Origin: Candidatus Heimdallarchaeota archaeon
Lineage (GTDB): Archaea > Asgardarchaeota > Heimdallarchaeia > Heimdallarchaeales > Heimdallarchaeaceae
NCBI GenBank assembly: GCA_019057815.1
Contig: JAHLWR010000011.1
Span: forward strand, 65,648 to 129,647
Reading direction: 5' to 3'
Length of the DNA: 64,000 nt
A program made the translations under genes and the position numbers. The notes beneath the pieces are model-generated. The model saw only the letters and a program-made list of their open reading frames with translations, ran no database searches and was not told where the DNA came from. This document shows positions 41,101-50,109 of the stretch, piece by piece. The stretch's first letter is position 1, and every line of letters begins with the position of its first letter.

Positions 41101-42634
41101 CTTTAGTTGAACTTGCTTGAATAGTTTCTTGAAAATCTACAGTAGCCATCATATTCATTTCTTCAATTTTGATATCAACTTCTTCTTTTTGTCCTATTGT
41201 AAATGCGGTATAATCATTCAGATTTTTCTTCAGATTTTCAATGATGTTGTTTGAAAGTTCCTCAACTTGAGTTAAAATCTCCTTGATGAAATTAGTTACA
41301 AAAACTTCTAAACTCTCATCCAAAGTTGTGATCTGGGTGCTCAAATCCGAAATTGATTGACTTAAACCCGTTTCAAATGCTGTAAATCCTTCGTCAATAC
41401 CACCTTTTAGTAATGCTAAAAGATTATCACTATTCTTTTGAAAGTCATCAATATAAGAAGATAAACTGATAGATAACTCTGTTTTCATTTTTGTAGTTTT
41501 ACCTTCAGTCTGTGCAATTAGAGTACCTAATTTTTCAACAGATAAGACTCGAGCATTATTTAATAACTCAACAAATTTTTCTTCATTTTCTTTTAAAACG
41601 TTTACAGCAGTGTCTTTTGAAGAATTAATAGTGTCTTTAATCCTTTCTGACGTTTTTTGCTCTAATCCCTTTAATTCATCATTCAAAGAGGAGAGGATAT
41701 TGTTTACTTTCTCATTGTAGTCATTTATCTTATCCTTATATTCATCTATTGTTTTGCTAATAGTTGCTTCTACTTTACCATTTGCCTCTTTATTCGATTT
41801 CTTAATCTCTGAAACTAGATTCTTTACAGAAGCATCAGTAGATTCATTAATGACTTCCTTCTTCCCTTCGATTAATTCATTAAACAGATTTAATTTTTCA
41901 TTTAAATTTGTAATAACAGTTTCCAGAGACTCTTTAATTTCATCAATTCTTGATTGTGTTCTCACATAGTGTTCTTGTTCGATTGTAGAATAGGTTTCCT
42001 CGATTTTCAACTTAAATGTCTCATGGAATTCACCTACTTTATGGATAGTAGTTTCAAATGAACCTGAGATGTTATCTTTAATCCTAGTGACTGATTTATC
42101 TATATTAGAAGTATTTGAGATTACAAAAGATTTTGTTTCCTCACTTATCTTCGATATTGCTTCATTTGCATCATTTGTTCCTTCATCAACTGTGTTTGAA
42201 ATTGATTCTAGGAATTGTTTAGATACACTAATAACGCTCTCTCGATGTTGATCTGAATTTTCTGAAAGTTGTTGATGGAAATTTGATAAGTTTTTCCTCA
42301 ATTCTTTCATTGCTTTTTGCCAATCAGCATCTACTTCATCACTTATAGATTTGAGCTCATTATCCATTCTTTGAGCGACATCCCCAGTAAGTTTAATTTG
42401 AGGTGGAAGAGGTATATAGTAGTTTGTACCCTCAGGATTTGCAGCTGTTATTTCTTTAACATATTCTTGACTTACTAGATTTGACAGTACTCCTTTTATC
42501 TTTTCAGCAGAAAGTTTACAATATGACTGAATCTGCCCTATCGTCCTTGAGCCGAATTTCACTATTGTTGAATAAACAGTTATTTCATCTTTTGATAATC
42601 CAACTTTTCCTAATGTGGTTTCCATTCTTATCAC
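38180..42634 (-). CDS. Giant TrmB-like protein: wHTH + ~1,250-aa helical rod + TrmB-type C-terminal domain
   Basis: N-terminal LGKVGLSKDEITVYSTIVKFGSRTIGQI...YIPLPP fits the TrmB wHTH pattern. C-terminal LWIVTGTEQVNSALMGMLRHTK...IVCP fits the start of the TrmB effector domain. Confidence 0.8.
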   Translation of the reverse strand: MIRMETTLGKVGLSKDEITVYSTIVKFGSRTIGQIQSYCKLSAEKIKGVLSNLVSQEYVKEITAANPEGTNYYIPLPPQIKLTGDVAQRMDNELKSISDEVDADWQKAMKELRKNLSNFHQQLSENSDQHRESVISVSKQFLESISNTVDEGTNDANEAISKISEETKSFVISNTSNIDKSVTRIKDNISGSFETTIHKVGEFHETFKLKIEETYSTIEQEHYVRTQSRIDEIKESLETVITNLNEKLNLFNELIEGKKEVINESTDASVKNLVSEIKKSNKEANGKVEATISKTIDEYKDKINDYNEKVNNILSSLNDELKGLEQKTSERIKDTINSSKDTAVNVLKENEEKFVELLNNARVLSVEKLGTLIAQTEGKTTKMKTELSISLSSYIDDFQKNSDNLLALLKGGIDEGFTAFETGLSQSISDLSTQITTLDESLEVFVTNFIKEILTQVEELSNNIIENLKKNLNDYTAFTIGQKEEVDIKIEEMNMMATVDFQETIQASSTKVKDAVKILNTDVDDALKKIITKEKKYTSSVENLINKSKDDILAYLSDASTAFNETTSSSLEQLSESIDTYKQNLSEKIDTYDKSHSEYKDEFIGHLKELKETVESDISQNVNDNKTAITELLAKKEEQFITDFDLFTEEYTKKGRDIRDEVPNLVQINYQESIAQLQELKEKLHSTTQQIHHILEAITNLDEKKFRKLFDKKEAEEMINTFVNFSSLIPLLKERTDSPIDAMIQTFTGSMESLTTDIFSKMNNQLDNLSNLNDTTVETIRDDMKKTSDDLDSQFSESLKSMQSNIGETYTNYENAYLEMQKNHSKDLKDIIGSEKENISEVLAGLNSSATGVVNSFKELEGEGSIPVLFTNFITDLSTLSDSFVAAISTHVKNEKVKTKQMATALNKRFSSLEKTLQKKMGDVFISINNMTTQVKDKAIGGLELLVNNSSENLSNLMLTSKESAEQLVNSKRQEMKTQVEESIQSLNATKEQILSSMTENNVEVVNNVQGTLKTNIDEHSELVQNITSHMDETMKTLQSEFESVRNTIDTEIAVTLEKASTDYSQHTAKVVEIINELVDKEVEQFSADAGSLVGDLSVSPEQSSQLDEVSNQTKSALERITEDYPTLIQKDVNERVAILKGIIDSYKIEVQGIIDDIYLSTSKDIEKTYDQTKESVEKGVITIQEAHEKENKDFQLNISHQINSLVTSSDSNSAALVTNIQSTRDNLLETASSAQEITTSDIDSLQKMANEMLEGILETIINKLLKLNENALTISSNQENYTKNLSSFKESYITSSLEEIDMLEKSVSDKLKSVPLKLNEVLEATAESMKLIQNVLTLGKGIEPSPAEDLWIVTGTEQVNSALMGMLRHTKGKSTIVCPDVSWIDISHIETFNRSLEVISNTPEIPGDLKAALERRDAQGIVKPVTIKKAPFKALYLGVRDGVEEGVIGSITKTGEPILMVTLNEILVEAIGKMVAQARLGQL

Positions 42635-42643
42635 TTTTTAATT

Positions 42644-44101
42644 TCAAAGTTCATTCTTTACAGAGTCTAAACTCTTCTCCAATTTCTCAATTTTATTGAT
42701 TATATCTTTTTTATTTTTCTCAGCATTCTCAGCCTTTTTAACCAAATCTTTTGCTTCCATCTCAATCTCTGAATCAGTGGAATGCCTAGTGTTTGCTATT
42801 TGTTCTTTAGTTTGAGAAGAGAGATTCAGAACATCGGATTTCAATTTAGAGGATAAAGTTTCTATCTGTTCTTTCGATTTAGAGCTTATTCCCTCCAAAG
42901 ATGTCCTAAAAGCTAGTTCGTTTTCATTAATTTCGTTTATACTTGTATCATAGGTTTGTTCTGTCTTTTGTTTAGAATAATCTATTTTCTCATTAACAGT
43001 GTTTGAAAGTGATTCTATGTCTTTTTGAATCGATTCTTTTTCAGAAGATATCAGTGATTTAACATCTGTTTTCATCTTTTCTGATTGTTCAGAGAATAAT
43101 GTCAGTACTTCTTCAACATTTTCGTTAAACTGTATGACGAAATCTGATAAAGAGGAAGAATGATCTTTCTTCTGTTTAGATGTCATTTTATTATAAGTGT
43201 CTATCATTGCTGTCTTGGCTTCTGTGAAGTTTGCCATTACTACATTATTGACATCTTTCATACCTTTTTCATACTCAGTCAAAACATCTTGAATATTAAC
43301 AATTTCATCAACTAAGTATTTGTCCATTGTTCCTGAAATACCTGATAGCTCTTGTTGAATTTTCTTAACAGCATTATCAACTAATTGCGTTAAATCGCTT
43401 TTTATTCTATTAAAGCTCTCAAAAACAGAACTCATATTTTCAGTTAGTTTATCTCTGTATTCTGTTCGTAAATGCTCAATTGATTCAGACATTATATTTT
43501 CACTAATGTTAATATTATTTTCTAGCTGATCTTTCATTTTTGAAATGTTTTCTCCAAAAGTTTCAACGTTTTTCTCTTTAATCTCACTAACAAATTCTTT
43601 TACTGTTGAAATGTTTTTTCGAAATGTATTTACTTGGTTATTTGTAAATCGCCCAAATTCTTGATTATGTGAGTCCAAAATATCCGGTATAATAGAAGCA
43701 AAATTCTTTGAGAACTCCTCAACAGTTTTTTGTCCTTCATTGAGGGTAGAAGTAAAGACTTCCCTTAAGTCTGACAGCTTCTTTTTAATTTCTTTCACTT
43801 CATTTCCTAAACTATCTGTATGTGACTGCTTCCATTCTTCAATTACAGATTTCTGGTTCTCTGTGGATTCAGATATTGTTTCATTTAATTTAGTTTTGTT
43901 TTCATCCGTTAAGTTAGCAAGTTTGGCATTTAGTGCAACAAATTTGTTCTGAATGATAGTTGTCATACTTCCGTAATACTGTTCCAAATCTTCTAATCCA
44001 CTTAATGTTTCCTTGAAAGTAGTTACATCACTTTCTAAATCGTTGATACTATTTCTTACTTTTTCTAAATTCTTATCTATTTTTTCTGACACTTTAATCA
44101 C
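42644..44101 (-). CDS. All-helical coiled-coil protein (likely start GTG 44092)
   Basis: Continuous amphipathic helix pattern with almost no Pro or Gly; same composition as the rod of the downstream protein. Confidence 0.8.
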   Translation of the reverse strand: MIKVSEKIDKNLEKVRNSINDLESDVTTFKETLSGLEDLEQYYGSMTTIIQNKFVALNAKLANLTDENKTKLNETISESTENQKSVIEEWKQSHTDSLGNEVKEIKKKLSDLREVFTSTLNEGQKTVEEFSKNFASIIPDILDSHNQEFGRFTNNQVNTFRKNISTVKEFVSEIKEKNVETFGENISKMKDQLENNINISENIMSESIEHLRTEYRDKLTENMSSVFESFNRIKSDLTQLVDNAVKKIQQELSGISGTMDKYLVDEIVNIQDVLTEYEKGMKDVNNVVMANFTEAKTAMIDTYNKMTSKQKKDHSSSLSDFVIQFNENVEEVLTLFSEQSEKMKTDVKSLISSEKESIQKDIESLSNTVNEKIDYSKQKTEQTYDTSINEINENELAFRTSLEGISSKSKEQIETLSSKLKSDVLNLSSQTKEQIANTRHSTDSEIEMEAKDLVKKAENAEKNKKDIINKIEKLEKSLDSVKNEL

Positions 44102-45862
44102 CTAAAAATCTAATTCTTTTTCTAAATCATCTAATGAAACTTTCTCATCTTTTGCTTGTTCAACTTCGATTTCCATCGTTTTCTGTTCTCTTTCTTCATA
44201 TAGCATTGAATTAAAGTATTCATGGTGGATACTATCAGCATCAAAAGTAACAAGTGCTTTCTTTCGTACTCGATCGAAATAGGTAACATCACCCATTTTC
44301 CTGCAACATTCTAAGCAAGATTTGATGTAACCACGAATAGCATATTCATTTCCTTCACTTGGTATTGAAAAAGCTAATTTTTCAAACTGGTCTGCGGCTC
44401 TTGTATTAGACCTTTTAGCTTTTAAATCTTCATTCACCAATTCATAATAGATTCCTGATTTAACGTATAATTTCGCTGCAAAATTATAACTTTTTTCTTC
44501 AAATTCTCTAGCAATTTCTTCACAGACAATACCTGCTTGTTCAAAGTCAGAAACTACCTCAAAGAGTGTAGCATTAATTAGTGCAAGATCGTAAGCGAAT
44601 TGGAACATTTTTTGTTCTATTCCCGTCTTTATAATAAAACTAAGTTTCGACGCTATGACAAAATCAGCAAGCTGGTCATGGATTTTCGCTGCTAAACTCT
44701 TGATTTGCTCTATTTTGGATGCACTAGGTGCAATACCAAGCTGCAATTCTGTAATAATTGATTCAAGATTAACTATTAGAGTTGGAAGTGGTCCATAAAG
44801 CCTTTCACGGAATTTCAGAGCACTTAAAAAACCCTCTTGGACTAGTCTTAAATAGTCATTCCCCATCCACAAAATTCCTTTCTTCTCTAAGTTTTTGAGA
44901 ACTTCAATTGGGATGTAATTTGTTATTTGTTCCAGAGGAAAAAGATTGTCATTATAAGAGGGAAATTCAACAAAAGCTTTTTCTTCTTCTACTGATAAAT
45001 CAAATAATTTTGATAAATTGCGCTCAACAAAATCTTCAATCGTTAGTTCTTTTGATATAAAAGCAATTCCAAGACTAATATCAAAATATGTTCTTTGACT
45101 ATTAGAAACAATATCTAAGGCTCCCTTTGAGATTAGAGTTGGAAATTTACGCCGTAAATATATCTCAGCTTCTGACACGGATAAGGGCTCAGTACGTAAT
45201 ATCTTCGAAACTTCAGTTAAAAGTTTTTGATAATCAAAATCGAACAGATATTTCTCATTAAATGCGCTTACTGTTACAATGTTGAAATTATTTTCATTGA
45301 TTTTTTTCAAGATAGATGCGAAGATTGGATAAAAATCTTGATTATCAGTTAACTTGAATAGATGTAGGTTATCAAAGAAGAAATAAAGGTATGTTTTCGT
45401 AGATTTGAGTTTTTGATCAATTTTTTCAAGACTATCCATGAACTTATTTGTATAATGTTCAACTATCGTTTCTCCTGAAGATAGTTTTGTTTTCTCTCCT
45501 AAGAGAGGGAGACTATCACCCAATTTTCTTTTTCCTACCTTTTCTAGAACAGATCGCCAATCTGGTGTCATATCATCAATTTGATTTTTCCATTCTTTAA
45601 AGAAATTCTGTAAAGTCTTTACATCAGGAATTAAATCCATAGTATGGACTTGATCTCTCCTCCCAGTAATCGAAGAAGCCAGTTTTAGTAATAAAGAACT
45701 TTTCCCTGTTCCCTCATCACCAACTATCAAAAAAGAATGTATATCAGTTTTGTTCTGCTTATATTCTGAAATTGAATTGATAAAATCTGTTGTTATGCTT
45801 GTTTGTCCAATAAAATCACTTGGTTGACATGGCATAAAGAGCTCTTTAATATCAAATGACAT
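44102..45862 (-). CDS. P-loop ATPase (archaeal ATPase/STAND-like) with C-terminal TPR/SNAP-like helical repeats
   Basis: FIGQ, Walker A GDEGTGKS, Walker B YFFFDN, PLSVSEA; repeats FEQAG..EEIA, AAKLYVKSG, AADQFEKLA. Confidence 0.75.
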   Translation of the reverse strand: MSFDIKELFMPCQPSDFIGQTSITTDFINSISEYKQNKTDIHSFLIVGDEGTGKSSLLLKLASSITGRRDQVHTMDLIPDVKTLQNFFKEWKNQIDDMTPDWRSVLEKVGKRKLGDSLPLLGEKTKLSSGETIVEHYTNKFMDSLEKIDQKLKSTKTYLYFFFDNLHLFKLTDNQDFYPIFASILKKINENNFNIVTVSAFNEKYLFDFDYQKLLTEVSKILRTEPLSVSEAEIYLRRKFPTLISKGALDIVSNSQRTYFDISLGIAFISKELTIEDFVERNLSKLFDLSVEEEKAFVEFPSYNDNLFPLEQITNYIPIEVLKNLEKKGILWMGNDYLRLVQEGFLSALKFRERLYGPLPTLIVNLESIITELQLGIAPSASKIEQIKSLAAKIHDQLADFVIASKLSFIIKTGIEQKMFQFAYDLALINATLFEVVSDFEQAGIVCEEIAREFEEKSYNFAAKLYVKSGIYYELVNEDLKAKRSNTRAADQFEKLAFSIPSEGNEYAIRGYIKSCLECCRKMGDVTYFDRVRKKALVTFDADSIHHEYFNSMLYEEREQKTMEIEVEQAKDEKVSLDDLEKELDF

Positions 45863-46085
45863 GGTATTTCCCTACAGCAGCCTATAAAGATTGAATCTAT
45901 TTTTGTATATATTAATACTATTAATGTACTAACTTAAACTATTCGATGAATAATATTAATAATTTTATTTAAAAACTAAAAATCTTGGAAATCACAAATT
46001 TGTATATTTACTCTTAATCCAAAATAGATAAAAGGATTAGTAAACAAGTAAACATACTAACTCCGAGGTGATAAAATGACAATAG

Positions 46086-46517
46086 GTGGACGCTTTGTTA
46101 TTCACGAAGCATTTATTAGAGAATCCAATGGATGGATTCGAAAACTATGGCATAACCTACAAAGGAGGAAGTATCTTTGCTCCGGAAGCATCAAAAGATC
46201 TTAAAAATGATTTGCTCTTTTTCATAGACCTTTTGAATCAAAGCATTTTAATCATTTTTAAACAATTGAATAATAATCAGCGCATTATTTTCTTTGAAGC
46301 ATTCAATATCCTTAGAGATACAGATACTTCTCTTAACAAATTATCAGAAAGAATTTCGAAGAAGAGAACTATTTCATTTTCAACAGTAAAGTGGAACTTA
46401 ACAAAATTACGCGATATGGGATTATTTGAAACAAATGGTTCCAGAGGAAACACGAAAACTACTCTTGAACTAACAAATTTAGGCGTTATCATGTCTAAAA
46501 TGTTATCGAAAAAATAG
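46086..46517 (+). CDS. Winged-helix DNA-binding protein (start uncertain)
   Basis: SLNKLSERIS...SFSTVKWNLTKLRDMGLF...LTNLG; divergent from the ATPase operon. Confidence 0.75.
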   Translation: MDALLFTKHLLENPMDGFENYGITYKGGSIFAPEASKDLKNDLLFFIDLLNQSILIIFKQLNNNQRIIFFEAFNILRDTDTSLNKLSERISKKRTISFSTVKWNLTKLRDMGLFETNGSRGNTKTTLELTNLGVIMSKMLSKK

Positions 46518-46577
46518 AAATGGTGGTAAAATGAAAAAGAATAAATCTAACTTAAAACATCAATTAAATGTAGTTAA

Positions 46578-47504
46578 ATGTTAAAGGAAGAATATAAGTC
46601 TTACAAACGTTCAGGAGCTATATTAGAGAAAACTTTCAGACTTGCTCTAGAACTTACAAGTCCAGGAGTTAAACTACTAGACATAGCTGAAAAACTTGAA
46701 AATCACATCAGAAGCTATTCAGCAGTACCAGCATTTCCTGTTAACATCTCGATCAATGAAATAGCAGCACATTACTCGCCTACAATTAATGATGAATCTC
46801 TGATACCAGAGAAATCTATAGTGAAAATTGATTGCGGTGTTTCAGTAGATGGATACCTTAGTGATGCTGCTAGAACCATAATCTTTGATAATCAATGGCA
46901 GAAATTACTCGAAGCTTCTGAACAAGCTTTGGATAACGCAATAAAAGAAATAGGTGCTAATATTAGCGTGTACAAGATAGGAGAGGTGATAGAAAAAACT
47001 ATCAAAAAAGCGGGTTTTCTTCCAATCACTAATCTTACTGGGCATTCATTAGCAAGATATTCCTTGCATGATGGAATTTCTATTCCTAATTACAGTGTAA
47101 GTAAAAATCTAAGAAAAGCTTCGGATAAATTCAAAGTGGGAAGTGCTTATGCAATTGAACCTTTTGCTACTACAGGAATAGGAAAAGTAGTTGATGGAGA
47201 TGATATAACAATATACATGCTTTTAAATAAAACAGGCAAAATTTCTCTTCATAAAAAAATTAGAAAGGTATATGAATTAATAAAAATGAAAACATACGGT
47301 CTTCCATTTTCTCCGAGATTAATATATAACGAAAACTTTAGCGAAGAACTTATCGAAGAAGCAATTATTAAATTATATGAAAAGGGAATTGTTCATGGTT
47401 ACCCTATACTTGTAGAAGCATCAAAAGCGCCAGTTACACAAACAGAAGATACTATTCTTATAGGTAAAAATAAAATTTTCAATTTAACAAGAAGAGCAAG
47501 TTAA
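46578..47504 (+). CDS. map: Methionine aminopeptidase type II
   Basis: AFPVN, AAHY, KIDCG..DG..SDAA, NLTGH, AIEPFAT and the type II insertion. Confidence 0.95.
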   Translation: MLKEEYKSYKRSGAILEKTFRLALELTSPGVKLLDIAEKLENHIRSYSAVPAFPVNISINEIAAHYSPTINDESLIPEKSIVKIDCGVSVDGYLSDAARTIIFDNQWQKLLEASEQALDNAIKEIGANISVYKIGEVIEKTIKKAGFLPITNLTGHSLARYSLHDGISIPNYSVSKNLRKASDKFKVGSAYAIEPFATTGIGKVVDGDDITIYMLLNKTGKISLHKKIRKVYELIKMKTYGLPFSPRLIYNENFSEELIEEAIIKLYEKGIVHGYPILVEASKAPVTQTEDTILIGKNKIFNLTRRAS

Positions 47505-47549
47505 CTGACTTTTCTTTCATATTAGCACAGTAAAAAAAAATGAAAAATG

Positions 47550-48737
47550 TTAGATAATCAAATCGTCTAAATCTCTTGGATATGGAGTGATTAGTTCTGA
47601 TCCGTCTTCTGTAATAATCACAGTGTCTGAGTGCCTGAATCCACCAAATTTATACTCATAGATTCCAGGTTCACATGTCATAACCATCCCAGGTTTAAGA
47701 ATATCATCAGAACCTATATCCAAGAATGGTGGTTCATGACCTTCCATACCTATTGCATGACCTGTATGATGTTGAGCTAAATGATATAGTCCCGCATCTT
47801 TTATTACTTTTATTGAAGCTTTATCTACTTCACTACAGGGTACATCTGGTCCAAATACTTCTAAAGCTGCATCTTGAGCTCTTTTCATCACATCAAAATA
47901 CCTTCTTTGTTTTTCATTTGGTTCTCCTATAAACATAGTCCTCTCAAGCTCTGAAATGTAACCTGAAATATTAGCGCTGGCTCCAGTTACTAATGTCTGA
48001 CCTTTTTGAAAAACAGTTTTTTCTATTACTGAATGAGGAATTGCTGACCACGCACCTATCTGTCCTCTATATCCAGCATGTGCAGCTAACAACGCTCTTG
48101 GAACAAAACCTTCTAGTGATTCTAACAATTTCTTTGTTGCATCCCAAGAAGCTTGCAAACTGACTTCTACTTCATTCTTTCCTTCAGCAGTATATTCTTG
48201 CAAATACCTATGAGCAAGATCTCCCCATTTTGCTGATTCTTTTATCAGTTTTATTTCTTCATCATCTTTGATTATTCTCATGTTCATAATTAAATCAGGG
48301 AAAAGAGGAGTTTTTACATCTAAGAGTTCAGTAAATTTAGGTCCTTTATATCCCCAATATGCGGAGAAATTAGGTGTTTCAAGACCGATTTCAGTTTTTG
48401 TTAACCCCTTTTCTTTCAATAAATCTTTAAAAATATTTGCAGGATGTTGTAAGTCAGGATACTCGAAATAGTTTTCTCTGTTAACCCAAGGTATTTTTTC
48501 TATTAAATGCTCAACTTCCAACCGAGGGATATAAAACCATGATTCGTCTGCAACTGGAAGAACGAAGCAAATAGGACGTTCTGTTGCAATGAAATGGTAG
48601 CCTGTTAAGTAATATACAGATAGTGGTTTGAAAAAGATAATCCCGCTCAAATTCTTTTTTTCAGCAAGATTTCTGACCTTTTCAATTCTTTCTAAATGTT
48701 TCTCTTTTGATATTTTATATTCAGTCATTAAATTCAC
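47550..48737 (-). CDS. Xaa-Pro peptidase family (M24) protein
   Basis: Creatinase-like N-terminal domain; HHTGHAIG, GHEPP, EPGIY, GFRHSDT. Confidence 0.9.
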   Translation of the reverse strand: MNLMTEYKISKEKHLERIEKVRNLAEKKNLSGIIFFKPLSVYYLTGYHFIATERPICFVLPVADESWFYIPRLEVEHLIEKIPWVNRENYFEYPDLQHPANIFKDLLKEKGLTKTEIGLETPNFSAYWGYKGPKFTELLDVKTPLFPDLIMNMRIIKDDEEIKLIKESAKWGDLAHRYLQEYTAEGKNEVEVSLQASWDATKKLLESLEGFVPRALLAAHAGYRGQIGAWSAIPHSVIEKTVFQKGQTLVTGASANISGYISELERTMFIGEPNEKQRRYFDVMKRAQDAALEVFGPDVPCSEVDKASIKVIKDAGLYHLAQHHTGHAIGMEGHEPPFLDIGSDDILKPGMVMTCEPGIYEYKFGGFRHSDTVIITEDGSELITPYPRDLDDLII

Positions 48738-48742
48738 CTAAC

Positions 48743-49186
48743 CTAGGAGAAACCCAGAACTGTACTCGTTGGAAGTTTTTTTCTTAATTCAGTTAATTCT
48801 GGTTTATACAATATTGAAAGTTTTCCTTCATTAGAATCCTTAAAACTTATCCAATCATCTTCAATTTTGCCCAATACTTTCAGTACTAAATATTGTTCTA
48901 CAAGTTCTCCGGTAATGACATAAGCTCCAGCTCCCAAATTTCTTCTTCTAACAATTATTATTGGTAACAGAACGCTTTTTCTTTTAATAGGAGGACATAA
49001 AGAGTTAAGAAGTTCTATCTCTTTTTGATCTATACTTACTTTTGAATTGTCTCTCCTAATATACTCTGTCTTTCCGTCAAAAGCTGCAGATAGACTTACT
49101 CTTTTCGTTGGAAGATGTGAATTTATTTCTAAAATCTCATGCTTTAGTATTTTGCTTAATTTATCATCGAAAAGCACTAAATCCAC
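48743..49186 (-). CDS. DUF61 family protein
   Basis: INSHLPTKRVSL, RRD, LLPII, LRKKLPTS. Confidence 0.75.
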   Translation of the reverse strand: MDLVLFDDKLSKILKHEILEINSHLPTKRVSLSAAFDGKTEYIRRDNSKVSIDQKEIELLNSLCPPIKRKSVLLPIIIVRRRNLGAGAYVITGELVEQYLVLKVLGKIEDDWISFKDSNEGKLSILYKPELTELRKKLPTSTVLGFS

Positions 49187-50068
49187 CTAAATAGAGATTT
49201 TATATTTTCTTGGATAAAAGATTTGATCAATCCCTCTGTAGAGACGGAAAGATCCAGCTATTAGTGGTACAAATAGTGTCATTACACTGAAAACTACAAA
49301 GATGAATAATGCTCCAACAAGATAGATGAGTAAAAGATCACCAAGAGAACCAGTAACATAAAGCACGTATATTAGTAATGCAGATGCTCCACAATTGATA
49401 AGAATGTCAACAAATACTATCAAAATAATGAAGTATATGATACTTCTTTCAGATTCAAAGTAAATCCTAGCTATTTTACCAATGAAATATCCAACTAGAA
49501 TTAAGAGAACTATGTTCAATAATATTGATAACGGGTTAAACTGTATATAATTACTTAATGGTTCGCTTATATTTGGATATAACTGGACATTACTATTTAT
49601 AACATCAATAGATACAAATGAGAGCAATATGTTCAAGCCATAATGAGCAAGAGAAAGTCCTACTATAATCAAGGATAAAACTGTGATTCTACCAAATGTC
49701 CAACTAGGTTTTTCTTCATCTATTACTTCTTCTTTCTTTTCCTCCACAACCTCTGCATCTGGAATAGTTGGTAACTCAGGCATAGAACCTACTTCAGAAA
49801 TATCAGTTGTTACAGGTTTAGTTGGTTTTTCAACTACATCTTTAACATCTTCATTAACCCAACCACAGATAGGGCATGATGCAACAGTGGTTGGAAGTTC
49901 TGATTTACATCCTGGACATGGAAAAGTTTCTATCTCTTTTCTTTCAGTATCTCCAGTATCTGGAAGTTCAGTATCACAAAAAACACACTGGCTTGTTCCA
50001 ATAATATTCAGGTTACCACAATTTGGACAACGAACAAAATCTTCACTCATTATTTCTCTATTCACCAT
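49187..50068 (-). CDS. Double zinc-ribbon membrane protein
   Basis: CPNCG..CVFC and CPGC..CPICG, an acidic Pro linker, then four TM helices. Confidence 0.8.
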   Translation of the reverse strand: MVNREIMSEDFVRCPNCGNLNIIGTSQCVFCDTELPDTGDTERKEIETFPCPGCKSELPTTVASCPICGWVNEDVKDVVEKPTKPVTTDISEVGSMPELPTIPDAEVVEEKKEEVIDEEKPSWTFGRITVLSLIIVGLSLAHYGLNILLSFVSIDVINSNVQLYPNISEPLSNYIQFNPLSILLNIVLLILVGYFIGKIARIYFESERSIIYFIILIVFVDILINCGASALLIYVLYVTGSLGDLLLIYLVGALFIFVVFSVMTLFVPLIAGSFRLYRGIDQIFYPRKYKISI

Positions 50069-50109
50069 ACGGAAATAAAAAAGTATTCCCTAAAAGGAAT
50101 GATAAATGA

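Noticed and set aside
38180-44101. True SMC/Rad50 or phage tape-measure protein
   Set aside because: No Walker motifs in the rod proteins and no viral genes nearby.
45905-45970. AT palindromes in the divergent promoter
   Set aside because: Almost pure A/T, so weak evidence for an operator.
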